From positions 1 through 36,571 of the forward strand of contig JNEM01011120.1 of the NCBI GenBank assembly GCA_000697335.1: 36,571 nucleotides of DNA. The letters run 5' to 3'. This document shows, in pieces, positions 14,096 through 25,975 of this stretch; the stretch's first letter is position 1; each line of letters begins with the position of its first letter. A program made the translations under genes and the position numbers. The notes under the pieces were generated by a model. That model was not told where the DNA came from. It did not search any database and saw only the letters and a list, made by a program, of their open reading frames with translations. Source of the stretch: Conidiobolus incongruus B7586 (Eukaryota).

Positions 14096-16642
14096 TTACT
14101 ACAGAAATTAAGTAATAATACAATTTTAAAATCAAAATTAAATATAACTTTTAGTTTATGATACACAAAAATAATTAAATAATATAAAATTAATACTGTT
14201 TTTTATTATTAACAACTATTTTCTATATTTCTTGTGAACTATTAACACCTAAAAAGTAATTTTTTCAATAGAGATTAAAGCTTGAAATATTACAAACTAT
14301 TACCATAGAATTGAAGAAATGGGAAATTTTTTAATTTCTGATTTTTCAAACATATTATTAGTTTCAAATAAGCAAATATATACAAAACAAATAGGAAAAT
14401 AAATAGTTTTGAATTATATATATATATAATAATTTTTTTGATTAAAAAATTAATTTTTTAAAATTAGTTATTTAATTTAATCATGCTTAAACCAAATAGT
14501 AACCATCAAAAGTTTTTTATTTTAGTATCAGTAAAACTTAACCACAAACCCTTTAAAATCATTTAAAATTTACAAACAGCTTTTGGTAATAAAGTATTAT
14601 TTAAATTAACAATTTATTGCTAGGTAAATTACTTTAAAACTAAGAGAGAAATTACCTAAAACCTATTAAAATCTAAAAAACTAATTTTAATTATTATTCT
14701 TTTAATTTTTAATAAAGTAAAAAATTATATTAAAAGTACCTTTTTATTTTAGCTAAAGAATTATCAAGATACTTTAATATTAGTTACATAAGTATTTTAT
14801 ATATATTAAAGTTTAAATTAAAATTAATTAATAAAAATATAAAATAGGTATCTTATAATTTAACTAAAACTTAAAAAAAAGTTAGAGTAGCTATTGTTAA
14901 ATAAAACTTACTAAGGTATAACTAGAAACTAAAGTTTTTACAGTGAATTATTATAATTAATGAATCTTAAATTCTTTTGTATAATCTTTTGCTAAAACAT
15001 AAATCAAGGTGTTAGATTAAGTTACATCAACCCCCTTTATAAATTCCTTTAAATAAATATTTTATTAATAAGTAAATATTAATTATAGTAATAGATTATA
15101 ATAACATATACTATTTTTATTTAATTCTTAAAAGAAAATCTATTAATAATAAACTTTATATTTTTTTTAAATAAAACTATTTTTAATTGGTATTCTCAAT
15201 ATAATTTAAAAAACTTATTATTTTACATAATAATTATAAAATATATAAATCTAAAGTTATAAAAAACTTTCTAATTAAAAATAACTGGAAAAAACTACCA
15301 CATCTAGTATATTCTTTAGATTATAACTTATATAATTATAATTGTTTTAGGTAATTAAAAAACTAGCTTACAAGAAAGAAAATTTCTACAAGAAAATTTA
15401 ATTGGTTTGTAAAACATCAAATTTTAGTCTTTAATAAAAAGAATTATTTTTTAAGTATTAGATCTTTACCAAAAGTATAACAAAAAGTTATTAGAAATAA
15501 AAGAAATTATTAATTTTATATTACATATTTATTTTTACTTTTTATATATTAAAATGTTTATTTTTTTTCAATTGCAAAAAATTCCTATTATTTAAATTAC
15601 AAAGTAATAATTTCTTTCTTATAAGCAAATTTTTTAATTACTTAAAACAATTATAATTATAAAAGTTATAATCTAATAAATATACCAGATGTGGTAATCT
15701 GTTTTAACTGTTTTATATAAAAAATATATTATATTCTTAAATTTATATATTCTTTATCTATTATATATAATAACATATTATTTAAATTCATAATAAGAAT
15801 ACTAATTAGAAATAATTTATTTAAAGAAATATAAAACTATTTATCAATTAATTTACCTTAAAAGATTAAATAAAATAAATTATAAATTGTGATAATTTAT
15901 TATAATGAATAATATTCACTTATATATCAAGCTTATTTATTAAAACTTATGAATAGGGTTATTTTAACTTAATATTTCAATCTTTTTTATAAACAAAATA
16001 TTATATAAAATAATTGAGGTTTATTAAATATAATGATTTAATATAAGAGATTTTAATCTTAGCTATAATATAATAAATATTATGTAATTATAATTACTTC
16101 AGCTTTTTTTTAAGTTTTTATTAAATGATAAAATATTTAATTTATATTTTTATTGGTTAAATTCTATTTAAAATTTATTTTATATAATTAATCTATATAT
16201 TTAATATTAAATTTGTTTAATAACTTATTATTTTTATTAAAGAATTAAAAATTATTAAAAAATAATTATTTAAATTTGGTTAAATTTCATATAAAATCAC
16301 TTTTAATTTAAAAACCATAAAATTAATAATTAATGCTATTCTTAGATAAAATATTATTTTTATAGATTATATACTAAACTTGAATGATTTTAAAGGGTCT
16401 GTGGTTAAGTTTTAATAAAATTAAAAAAAAATTGATTATTTTTTTTTAAATTTGAATATTATTAAATTTAATAAAAACTTTGAAAATATAAATATTATAA
16501 TTAATAGATAGTTATGATATATATATAATATTACAATATTAACTCTTTTATTTACTCTATATATAATTTAATTTTTAAAATTAAAAGTATACTTGAATAA
16601 TTAGAAATTAAAAAATTTCTTATATTTTTCTTTTTTTAATAA
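14096..16642 (-). mobile_element. Mariner element B (older, more diverged), split by insertion of element A
   Basis: Begins TA|TTAC at 14096. Segments 14096-14299 and 15608-16642 align collinearly with element C (26261-27576). The minus strand retains LPHLVYLLDYNFYNYNCF, a decayed LPHPxYSPD..P.DY motif. Right boundary is approximate. Confidence 0.75.
14300..15607 (+). mobile_element. Mariner (DD34D) DNA transposon A, full-length (1308 bp), transposase inactivated
   Basis: Imperfect ~35-bp TIRs (TTAC...AAT(G/A)GGAA(A)TTTTT) flanked by TA at 14298-99 and 15608-09. Decayed ORF 14483-15513 of about 345 codons contains an HTH region (LQTAFGNK...TIYC*VNYFK), K*VSYNLT (WVPHEL), IIINES* (ITxDExW), ILHNN (LHDN), LPHLVYSLDYNLYNY (LPHPxYSPDxxPxDY) and LPKV*QKVI. 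34 residues separate the 2nd and 3rd catalytic positions, both now AAT (inferred GAT). Confidence 0.9.
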
Positions 16643-17575
16643 CTAAAAAATCAATATATATATATATTTCAAATAATATTTATTTTTAAATTTATTCATA
16701 ATATGTTATGTGGTTTATAATTTTGCCAAAATATATCTATATCTTTAAATATTTATTAATATATACTCTATTATCAAATATATAAACACTTTAAAAAGTT
16801 CTTTAAAATACATTTAATTCTTCTACTAATAGTAATATAAACCTCACACATAAATTTGTTATTTTATTATTCAGAATTTTATTCTTCAATCCATATAATT
16901 GATTATTCTAATAATGCTTAGCAACCCTAATTAGTTATAGTAAGTCAAATATAATCGTGGATATCTCTAATTATCCTTGATTAAAAACAGACTTTTATTA
17001 CTCTAAATTTTGGGTGGTTTAGGTTTTTTCAATAATTTATTTTGGTATTATACTCGAAGTCATTTTAAATTATCTTGTCATTAATCAAATATTAGCAAAA
17101 TGAGCCATTTATTAAAATTAATCATATACTTATAATAAATATATATTTATGATTATTTCATCACTACTATCAATATAAATAAACTGTAATCTTATCCTTG
17201 TGTCTGATAACCAATTTTTTCAGATTTCATATCCCTTTTAAAAAGTTACTATTTGTTTTTTGAAAATATTAGGTATTTGATTCTAGAAATAGTTCAATTT
17301 GATTAAATTTGAAAAATATCTAATTGAGGATTGAGATAAAAATATTATCAATATAATATTCAAAAGAAAATAGATAAGTGTTATAGATATATTACTTGAT
17401 TAAATATATTAATATTACCAAAAAATTGGAAATTGGATAATTGTAATAAATGTCAAACTTTATATAAATTTATAAAACACTTAAAACATAAAATTTGTAA
17501 TTTGTAAAAAAATGTTTTATTAAATACCATTAAATACTTCAATAAAGTATGAATTAATTTGATAAAATAAATAAT

Positions 17576-18372
17576 CTATAAATTAGAATAAATTCTATAC
17601 TTTGATTTTAAAGCCAAATTCTGAGATTTCAAAGGATCTTTTTCTAACTGTTCAATAGCATTGACAAACTCCTGGTCAAAATCGCATTTAGTCTTATTTT
17701 TAATATCGAAGGAATAGGATTGAACAGTCGCTTCAGAAATTAATCTATTGCCAGCATGTGAATAAAATCTGGAATAAAATTCAAATCGGTTCTTTTCTAA
17801 TTTTACTACTTTAGTGGCGATAGTCATCTAATACAATGGTTGATTAATTAAAAATAAACTTTTGTATATAATATCAACTTACAGCATCAGGAAATTCAAC
17901 TGGAGCAATATATTTCATATGGAAGTTTCTAACTACAAATCCTTTGCCTTTTCCTGTTCCTTTTAGTAAGTTTTGGATTATGTCTTTATCCATATATAAA
18001 CCTAGCATGGCAATGTAATCGATACGTGCTAATAATATTCAAATAAATCAGGGAGTTAATTACATGTATACCTTAATTTAATATTCAACTTCTACCTGCT
18101 TCTGCATATCTCATCCAGTCTACATGATTCATAACACCGTATACATCCTGAAAGGGCTTATTTAAATTTGATGCTTGACAGTAGTAAATTAGTGTATGTA
18201 CCTGAGTTCCCCAAAGAACTGGAATAGTTATAACAGAGGGAAATTTCTCCAACTCAATTTGAATATCTTCAGAAAGTGGTTTTAAATTACTATTGATAAT
18301 ATTTCTTGTACTCTTTATTGACTTTGGAATTGTTTTTGTTGATTGGATTTCAATTTCTGATTGGGTATCCAT
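17576..18372 (-). CDS. Hotdog-fold acyl-CoA thioesterase (4HBT/YbgC-like) copy 2, intact, 206 aa
   Basis: Exons 18372-18202, 18147-18096, 18028-17883, 17827-17576 splice in frame with GT-AG ends. Protein carries IPVLWGTQDVYGVMNHVDWMRYAEAARIDY...KYIAPVEFPD and ends RIYSNL*. Confidence 0.85.
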
Positions 18373-19873
18373 ATTTTTTTGATTAAAGAACAAATAATTA
18401 ATATTAAATAATTTTGATTTCAATTTTTAGATGTTTTCAGGTATATATATACGGAATTGTAGATCCATTCGTGTATCACTTGATTGGTCATAAACTCTTA
18501 CAACTGTTATAAATTCTCAATGTCACAAAATTTGGGTTTTAAAAATCAAAATTTGATGAGAAAATGGATTTTATACTTTGATGATTGAGCCCGAAATAAT
18601 ATATTAATTGTTCTCAAATGATAGATATTGATCAGATTTTATCCAGATTATGGCTAATCATGAAATAATTCTGAATATTTAGCGTTTTCAATTAATTTAA
18701 TATATTGCTTTGACTAAAAGAGTTATAAGGAATTGAGTTCTTATATTGGCTTCAATAAGATCCTTTAAACATTTTACAAAAACAATCTAGTATTATTCTA
18801 ATTTAATCATCATTACACTTAAGGTTTTTAAAATTATATTTAAGGATTCATGAAGTTTATAAATTTATAAGTTTATAAGCTATTAACCTAGATATATAAT
18901 TTATGAAGGAGTTGACCATGAACTGAGAAGTGTTATTCTGATTTTTATACAAATTGAGACCAGTTAACGAGTAAAAATATTATATGCATAGTTGATACTA
19001 ATATGGCCCAAAACGCATTCAATATTAGATGTCTATAATATATCGATAATTTAAATGATATTATTTCGATTTGGTTAGCCGTATCTTAGATTTTGATCTT
19101 GAATTTTGGTATATTTTCATAACAATTCAAATAATAATAGCCAATGATAGCTATATGTCAATGATATATATATATATTGTAGTATTTCAACAATTTATTT
19201 ATGTAATTATTGATATTGGAAAATATAGAAATGGTTGAATTAAATGATTTCAAACTTGTCAAAAAGAAAATTATATTTATTTACCAAATAATAAATGAAT
19301 ATGTTCTTGGTAATATAAACAAATACATCAAGTAAAAAACTATAAATATTAAATCATAAATTCTGCAATATATTTCAATATGTTTTTGCATTATTGGAAT
19401 TGTTACAATATAGAGAATAAATATTCTACCAAAAGTAAACAATATTAAAATATAATTTATTCAAAGATCAGAATTTAATCAGATTCTTTAATAAATCTAT
19501 TGATTCTAATTAATAACTTCAAGGAAATATCAATTTCTACAAATTATATTATATAATCTTATTTTTATTATAGCTGAATCAATATATAGAAATTAAAGTT
19601 TCAATTTGTTAAGTATTCACAATAGGATTTAATAATATAAATAAATGAAAAATAAATCATTGATATATAATGGCAACTAAGTAATCGACAATAATTCATC
19701 ACTTTAAGGAAAGAAAAAAAATTATATAACATGACTAATTTTAATTTTAATACCTAAACTTAGTATTAATTTTAACAATATAAATGATTATAGTTTGATT
19801 GATAATACAATTTAAAATGATTTTGATTGAATTTTCAAAAATTGAAAATTCTAATATATTTCACTATTATAAA

Positions 19874-20025
19874 ATACATCACTCCAATTTTATTTTTTTT
19901 CATATTACTATTATTTTTTAATTAGGGTCAAATAATACAATATTAAAACAATTGATACTAATAAATGTAAAAACATGCATTTAAATGGTGAAATAAAATA
20001 AAATAAAATAAAATTGGAGTTGTAT
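19874..20025. repeat. Short inverted-repeat element (possible MITE remnant)
   Basis: ATACA(TC)ACTCCAATTTTATTTT at 19874 pairs with AAAATAAAATTGGAGTTGTAT ending at 20025. Confidence 0.3.
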
Positions 20026-20379
20026 GGAAGTTATATTATAATAAAACTTTATATCTGATCATGTCTAGTGATTAAATAATTTACATTATATAATCAAGCT
20101 TTTTATTTGTTATGATTATTACTTTAGAATTTTATTTATATTTGAAATTTGAAAGTTTAGAATTCATAATTGATTAAAAAATTATTTATAATTTTTATAT
20201 TAACCTTCAAATATAAATTAATATTTGATTAAAAGTGGTATTGAAATAAGGAGTTTATTAAATATATCTACATTACTTAGTCTGGTATTAGTAAATAATA
20301 TATTACTTTATAAATTTTATGAATTTCCAACAGTTGTTAAAATTTTGTTATCTAATACTTTTATTTTAATACACATTAA

Positions 20380-21085
20380 TTATAAATTAGAATAGGTCCT
20401 AAACAAAGTCTTCAAATCCAAATGCTGAGCTTGTAGAGGATCAGCTTCCAACTGTTTGAAAATAGTCAACATTGCTGGCGAAAATTTATATTACTGAGGT
20501 TTGTTATAATCATAAAAGTACACTATGATATATCCTTCCTAAACGTGTATGCTACGAGCTTGAGAGTAGAGTCTGCAATAAAATACAAAGAGGCCCTTCT
20601 CAAGTTGGGTAATTTTGGTCATGATGATCATCTAATAGTTAGGTTGATATGAATTAGTATATTTTATGATTATATATTTACATAATTAGGGAAATCGAGA
20701 GTTTAAAAAAATTTCATTTAAAAGTTATTAATGACTAATCATTTTCCTTTGCCACTACCATTTGGCATATGGTGAAATTCCTTTTTATCCATATATATTC
20801 CTCATATGAAGAAGTAATTGACATGTCCTATCGATAACCAATTACTTTATTGATATATAAACTATTTTAAATTGAAGTTTGTATACCTTATTGAGGGAAA
20901 CTGGACTATTCGACATTATTCATAACCCTGTATCAATCCTAAATCATCGCATAAATTTTTGATCTTGAAGAATTATACCTACTATTCACATGGTAAGTCT
21001 ATTGTAGAGGAAGAGTAACTATTGCGGGAAACTTCTCTAACTAGGGTTCAATATCTTTGAAAAGAGGTCTAAAATTATGAATAGA
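20380..21085 (-). pseudogene. Hotdog-fold acyl-CoA thioesterase copy 3, pseudogene
   Basis: Exon-1 remnant NFRPLFKDIEP*LEKFPAIVTLPLQ*; exon 2 D*YRVMNNVE*; exon 4 (20631-20380) is exactly 252 nt like the intact copies, has two internal stops and ends RTYSNL*. 5' end approximate. Confidence 0.85.
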
Positions 21086-22349
21086 TATATTTTAAGTGTC
21101 TTAGATCCAATATTAGCTGTGCTTGATGATTTTTTAATTATTGGGTTGAGTGTTCAGAATATTGTATTGATAGTAAATATATTTTACAAAAAATGAAGAA
21201 AGTTGTGAATAAGGTTTTTGATTTCATACTAATATGCGGTATTTAAATCTTGGTTTGATTAATCGATATTTCTCACGCTTATTCCAGTTGTAATGGTTAC
21301 ATGTTTAGATTAAATGAGACCTGATTAATTTCAAGTTATTTCAAGTGAAAAAATGCAATTAATAACTGAATAAAATATATTGAATTGAATTTTCTCAAAT
21401 TTGTAAATTTTCAAAAGTTGACTATGTGTTCATTACTATAATGAATTCGTTATAAATAATAGTGTTTAAGAATTTTTATTCTTGGTATATAAAATACTTA
21501 GTGAAAATATGTTGAATATTTTTCAAGTAACTTGTAAAATTCCACTATTTATAGTTCCAAAGGTTTCAGTATAGTAAAAATTATTATTAGAATTCAATTC
21601 ATTAGAAGTAATCTTTTAATCAACAATTATAAAAATATAAATTAAGGTCAACATTAGCAATGTATTAGCCAGAAAAAACCCTTTATTCCAACAATTTGTT
21701 TCTTATTATATATAATGAGGGTTTCCTGCGAACTAAATCACCTGTTATCTTTATCATATGTCATCTTTTAATAGGAACGCTCATGACCTTAATAGTCACA
21801 TATTCAACATAGGTAAATTATTTAAAGTATGAATATAATTAAAAAAATGAAATTGAAATGGCCTTTAAAATGTGTAAAAAACATAAAAATATATACTGTT
21901 ATATTAAGAAAATATTTTTAAGCCATTTCGAGGTAATCGATATGATAATATTTAAAATTTTAAGATACTTATTTCAACAATACATTCAGCATTCCCTTAA
22001 TAGTAAATTATTTTTTACATTACAGAATTCATATTAATATCATATTGTAGTTAAATTTGGAATGATTTTAACTAACTGTGAGATCAATTATGCAATTATC
22101 AGTTCAAAAATTAAAAATATTACACGTTATGGATATCTATGATATAAAGTCTATTTTAGTGTTTAATAAATTTTTAACTAAAGGTTGTTTTTCATTACTG
22201 AAATGGATTCTGATTGTACTGATGTCTTCTCACTAGGTACTTAAATTTGTGTAGTATAAATTCTTGAACAATGTTAGCACGAGTATCAGCCAATTTAGGT
22301 AGCAATATATTTTAATATTTTGTACTATTTATCAATCTAATTATTGTAT

Positions 22350-22677
22350 TACCACGAGTCAGGTGACTCCCTTCTACCTAAGTATTATTACGCTAACCTA
22401 ATTTTAAAATTATTTCACCTTCGCATATAAGCTATTTTCGCTCTATCTCTTAGTTCGCCGATGATGCAAGTCACAGGAGAATCTTAAAATCATCTTACTC
22501 AATGCACTCTATATAAAATCCGGAATTAGAGCTATTCTGGATGAGACGAACTCGATCTGGGCCCTTCTAACTATCGGGTTTAAACTAATAATCCCTCTAT
22601 CTCCCTAACAGTTACCTGGAATCCCCTAGATCTCTCTCACTTATCTTAACTAATCTGGACATGGCTTTCTCGAGACA
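22350..22677. mobile_element. Candidate solo LTR (~330 bp)
   Basis: Sharply bounded GC- and CpG-richer island in AT-rich DNA with imperfect inverted termini TACCACGAG...CTCGAGACA and an internal TATATAAA. Flanks TGTAT/TGTTA are only a near-match, so the target-site duplication is not established. Confidence 0.35.
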
Positions 22678-23257
22678 TGTTAGTATATTTAATAACTTAG
22701 AGTGATAAAAAAATATGGTTTTCAGATCCATATCCTCATGTTAAAGTATTCAGTAATTAATACTTTACTTATTCAAAATGAAATCTATATACAAATTGTT
22801 GATTTTTTAGAACACATTCTATCTACTAAAAATTTGAAATTAGTTTTCAAATTATATGCGATTCCAAATTTATTATATTTTAAATTATCCTTGTAATTAA
22901 AAATTTCCGAAAAAATATTTTATTTTGGATACATCAGGTAGGATTTAACCGAATATCTCGATAGGGTCAAAAGAGTGTATGGCATATAAATGAACAATTT
23001 AATCACATCTAAAACGCATATACCTTAATTCTCCCAAAATTTTAATAATTTTACATTAATACTGGTGATATAAAATTTTTATTAATATATTTAATTCTAT
23101 CATCTTCCAATTTATTATTTTATTTGAAAAATTATCAAATATTCTTAGTAATTATCCAAAGTAGACATGGCTGTAACGAATTATGAATTCAGTTTGAATT
23201 AAAAATATTCAAATATTAATTGCAATTAAAAGTATTTCAAAAGAGTATTGATAGTAA

Positions 23258-23995
23258 TCAAAGATTTGCATACAGTCTAATTGGCAACTTCATGGCTAAT
23301 TCCTGGGCTTTTTTAGGATCCTGTTCCAGCTTCGAGATGGAATTCCTTACAGATTCTGGAATATTGTCCTTTTTAGAGTCTTTGTAATCGAATCCCACTA
23401 TAATAGTCTCGCTCTCAGCAACCAATTTACTTTGGGCATGGGAGAATAATTTGGAATAGAGTATAAACGAGTTGGAAGTTAGGTTTTTGACTTTGGTAGC
23501 AACTGTCAACTAAGTGTAAAAGATTAAAATTATGATTTGAAAGTAGTAATATAATTAAAAATTTTACTGAATCTGGGTAAGTTACAGGTCTTATATAAGT
23601 CATTTCCATTCTCTTCATAATTAAACCTTTTCCTTTACTACTTAGCACTTTGAAATGTTCCTTGGGTCCCATATGCAAACTTAACAATGAAAAATAATCG
23701 GTAACTCCTAATATAAAAAAGTTCAGTATTATTAAGGATAGGATATTGGTTAATATAATTTACCACATTCAGAAAATTTTGCCCAATTGACATTATTTAG
23801 ATGTTTGACCATATCCTAAAAATTTATAATAGCTTGAATTGGTGGCTATCATATTTAATTTACTTGCTCACCCCAAAGTACTGGGATCGTAATTACAGAG
23901 GAACATTTGTCAATTTCAGCTCGAATTTCATCAGGCAAATTTTTCAACTTATCGCTATAATTTTTTAAATTCCTTTTGTTGTTAATTTTAGTCAT
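23258..23995 (-). CDS. Hotdog-fold acyl-CoA thioesterase (4HBT/YbgC-like) copy 4, intact, 191 aa
   Basis: Exons 23995-23864, 23815-23764, 23707-23568, 23509-23258 splice in frame. Protein carries IPVLWGEQDMVKHLNNVNWAKFSECG...TYIRPVTYPDS and ends RLYANL*. An upstream in-frame ATG near 24034 is an alternative start. Confidence 0.85.
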
Positions 23996-24599
23996 AATTT
24001 GGAAAATCAGTTGATAGATTAAATTTAAATTCATATTGATGACCCCTGATATAAAATTTTTGGAATTTTTTTTACTTATGGGTGACTTGCTTTTATATAA
24101 ATAAGAGTAAATAGAATTCACTAATATTTTTGAAAAGATTATGGGTATTTCCGAAGTAAATGAGTTTTAGAAATTGATCAAATAGTTGGATTAGTTTTGA
24201 TTGCTCTTAATACTTTTTTTAATATTTTCTATTTTTGGATGAAAATGAAATATAATTTTTGAAAACAAAATAATTATAATATATCATAATATCAAAATCA
24301 AACCTTAACTTATCACAAATTAATCACTATTTAACTTCAAAATTTACATTTGATCAATTACTAAATTTCAAATTAAATCAAAGATTAGTATTTTGTTTCT
24401 TTTCTGAATTTATATCCAATTTACTAGATCCTAATTACTTCATATATTTTATCAATATTTTACATTCATCTAATTATATTTGAAGTTATTTGAATAAATT
24501 TTATTGTAATTATATAAACATTAATTTCACTAAAATAAAAATAAAAAAAATAACTTTTAATTATTATTATTATTAAAAAATATTTTGACAAAATAAAAA

Positions 24600-24990
24600 A
24601 TAAAATCTAAAAATACTATACTATGGTGTACATATTTTTCTGATTACTAAATTTATAATGTATTTAATTATTAAATATTTTGAGTATTTATATTATTGTG
24701 TACTATTAAATTTCCTTTGTTTTCTTAGCAAAATATATCATGAATTTATAAAGTTTAATTGGTAAAGCTCTGTACATGCTATTAACAAAATAAATTATAT
24801 TTTCTGTGACTAGTATTGCTCCTTAAATAAATACAAAAATATACACCACTAGTGATTGCAATACTTTGTGAAAAATTGTTAAATTATATTTTATTAATTT
24901 AAAAAAGAAATAAAATATAAATTATTTTTGTAGAGAAGAATTAAACAATTAAAACTTTCATCATTGAAGAAAATTGTATAAAATATAATG
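24600..24990 (-). mobile_element. Highly decayed Tc1/IS630-like transposase fragment
   Basis: Ordered minus-strand motifs, in shifting frames: TIFFNDESF (D at 24962), VFI*GAI (24825; cf. VMVWGAI), LIVHNN (24700; cf. xxQDN/HDN), P*YS (24626). Spacings of about 45, 42 and 25 codons fit Tc1-type DDE domains. Confidence 0.5.
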
Positions 24991-25589
24991 TTTACAATAC
25001 TCAAATAACTGAATATTAATTCATTCTAACTATTTTTGGCTAGTTCACATCCATAAAAATTTGTTGATTTATATTATTCATATATGAAAAAGTTTATAAT
25101 TAAATACATAGTACCAAAAATACTATTTTCTATTAAAAGCACTGAGTACAATTAGCAATTCAAAAAATATTTTTAATAACCAATTAAAAATTTAATATAG
25201 TGCCAATTTATTGAAATTACAGTTCTATAATTTTTATAATATACCATTATATTTTTGAAATAGATTAGATAATATTAATTATATTTATGAATTAAATGTA
25301 AGATTTTAAATATAAAATTTTACAAAAAATCTATTGTTATGATAATCTTGAGCTTTGTTTAATACTATAATAATTATTATTAGTGTATATCTATTTCATT
25401 AGAATATATATTTTGTACAATTTCAAAATTGACCAATTGCAATGACAAGGTTAAGATTTAGATATTTAAGGAAATATACTTACAAGATTAATACGGTAAT
25501 ATAATAAATTGAAAATATTGGCTTATGAAAAATAGTCAATTTTATAAATGAATGAATGGATAGTAGCAAAACATCTAATCACTTCCTGT

Positions 25590-25975
25590 CTCTGCTGTAT
25601 ATACTTAAAAATAAAAAGTTCATATTTTATGCATAATTCTTGAATATTTCTAATAGGTAATCAAAACACTTTTCATTTTGATTAGATCGAATATTCTTAA
25701 AATTAATATCAATATAAAATATTTGAGATACACTACTCATTAATAATCAGTTGATAGCTTGAAAATATCAATTCAATGACTAAATGACTGTATCTTAAAA
25801 TTCAAAATTAGGTATCATCAACATATCAATAATTAAATAGTTTGCTTGATATTTTATTGAAAACAACATCAAAATAAATTTCATATTAATAAATTACAGA
25901 TTATTTTATATGAAAGAATTGCTTTGAGTGCATTTTATAATCTTTTTATGATAAATAATAAGCTCCCTCTTCAAT
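25590..25975 (-). mobile_element. Decayed reverse-transcriptase fragment, non-LTR (LINE)-like
   Basis: Minus strand: GSLLFII near 25968 (cf. QGSPLSP), YVDDT at 25825-25811, in-frame IELIFSSYQLIINE*C (cf. GLxINxxK), then FKYI (cf. FKYLG). Many stops. Confidence 0.35.

Noticed and set aside
14096..16642. Mitochondrial insertion (NUMT), centromere core or alternative genetic code as an explanation for the extreme AT content and stop codons
   Set aside because: Explained by mutated mariner copies: the stops differ between copies, and neighbouring genes translate with the standard code.
19140..19700. Possible decayed F-box-like coding remnant
   Set aside because: Only a vague resemblance, with no ordered motif set to support it.
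21630..22295. Weak ~35-bp direct repeat (about 21636-21670 vs 22255-22291)
   Set aside because: Too short and degenerate in an AT-rich background.
22702..22896. 64-aa ORF
   Set aside because: GTG start, AT-rich I/L/K/Y composition, no motif; probably chance.
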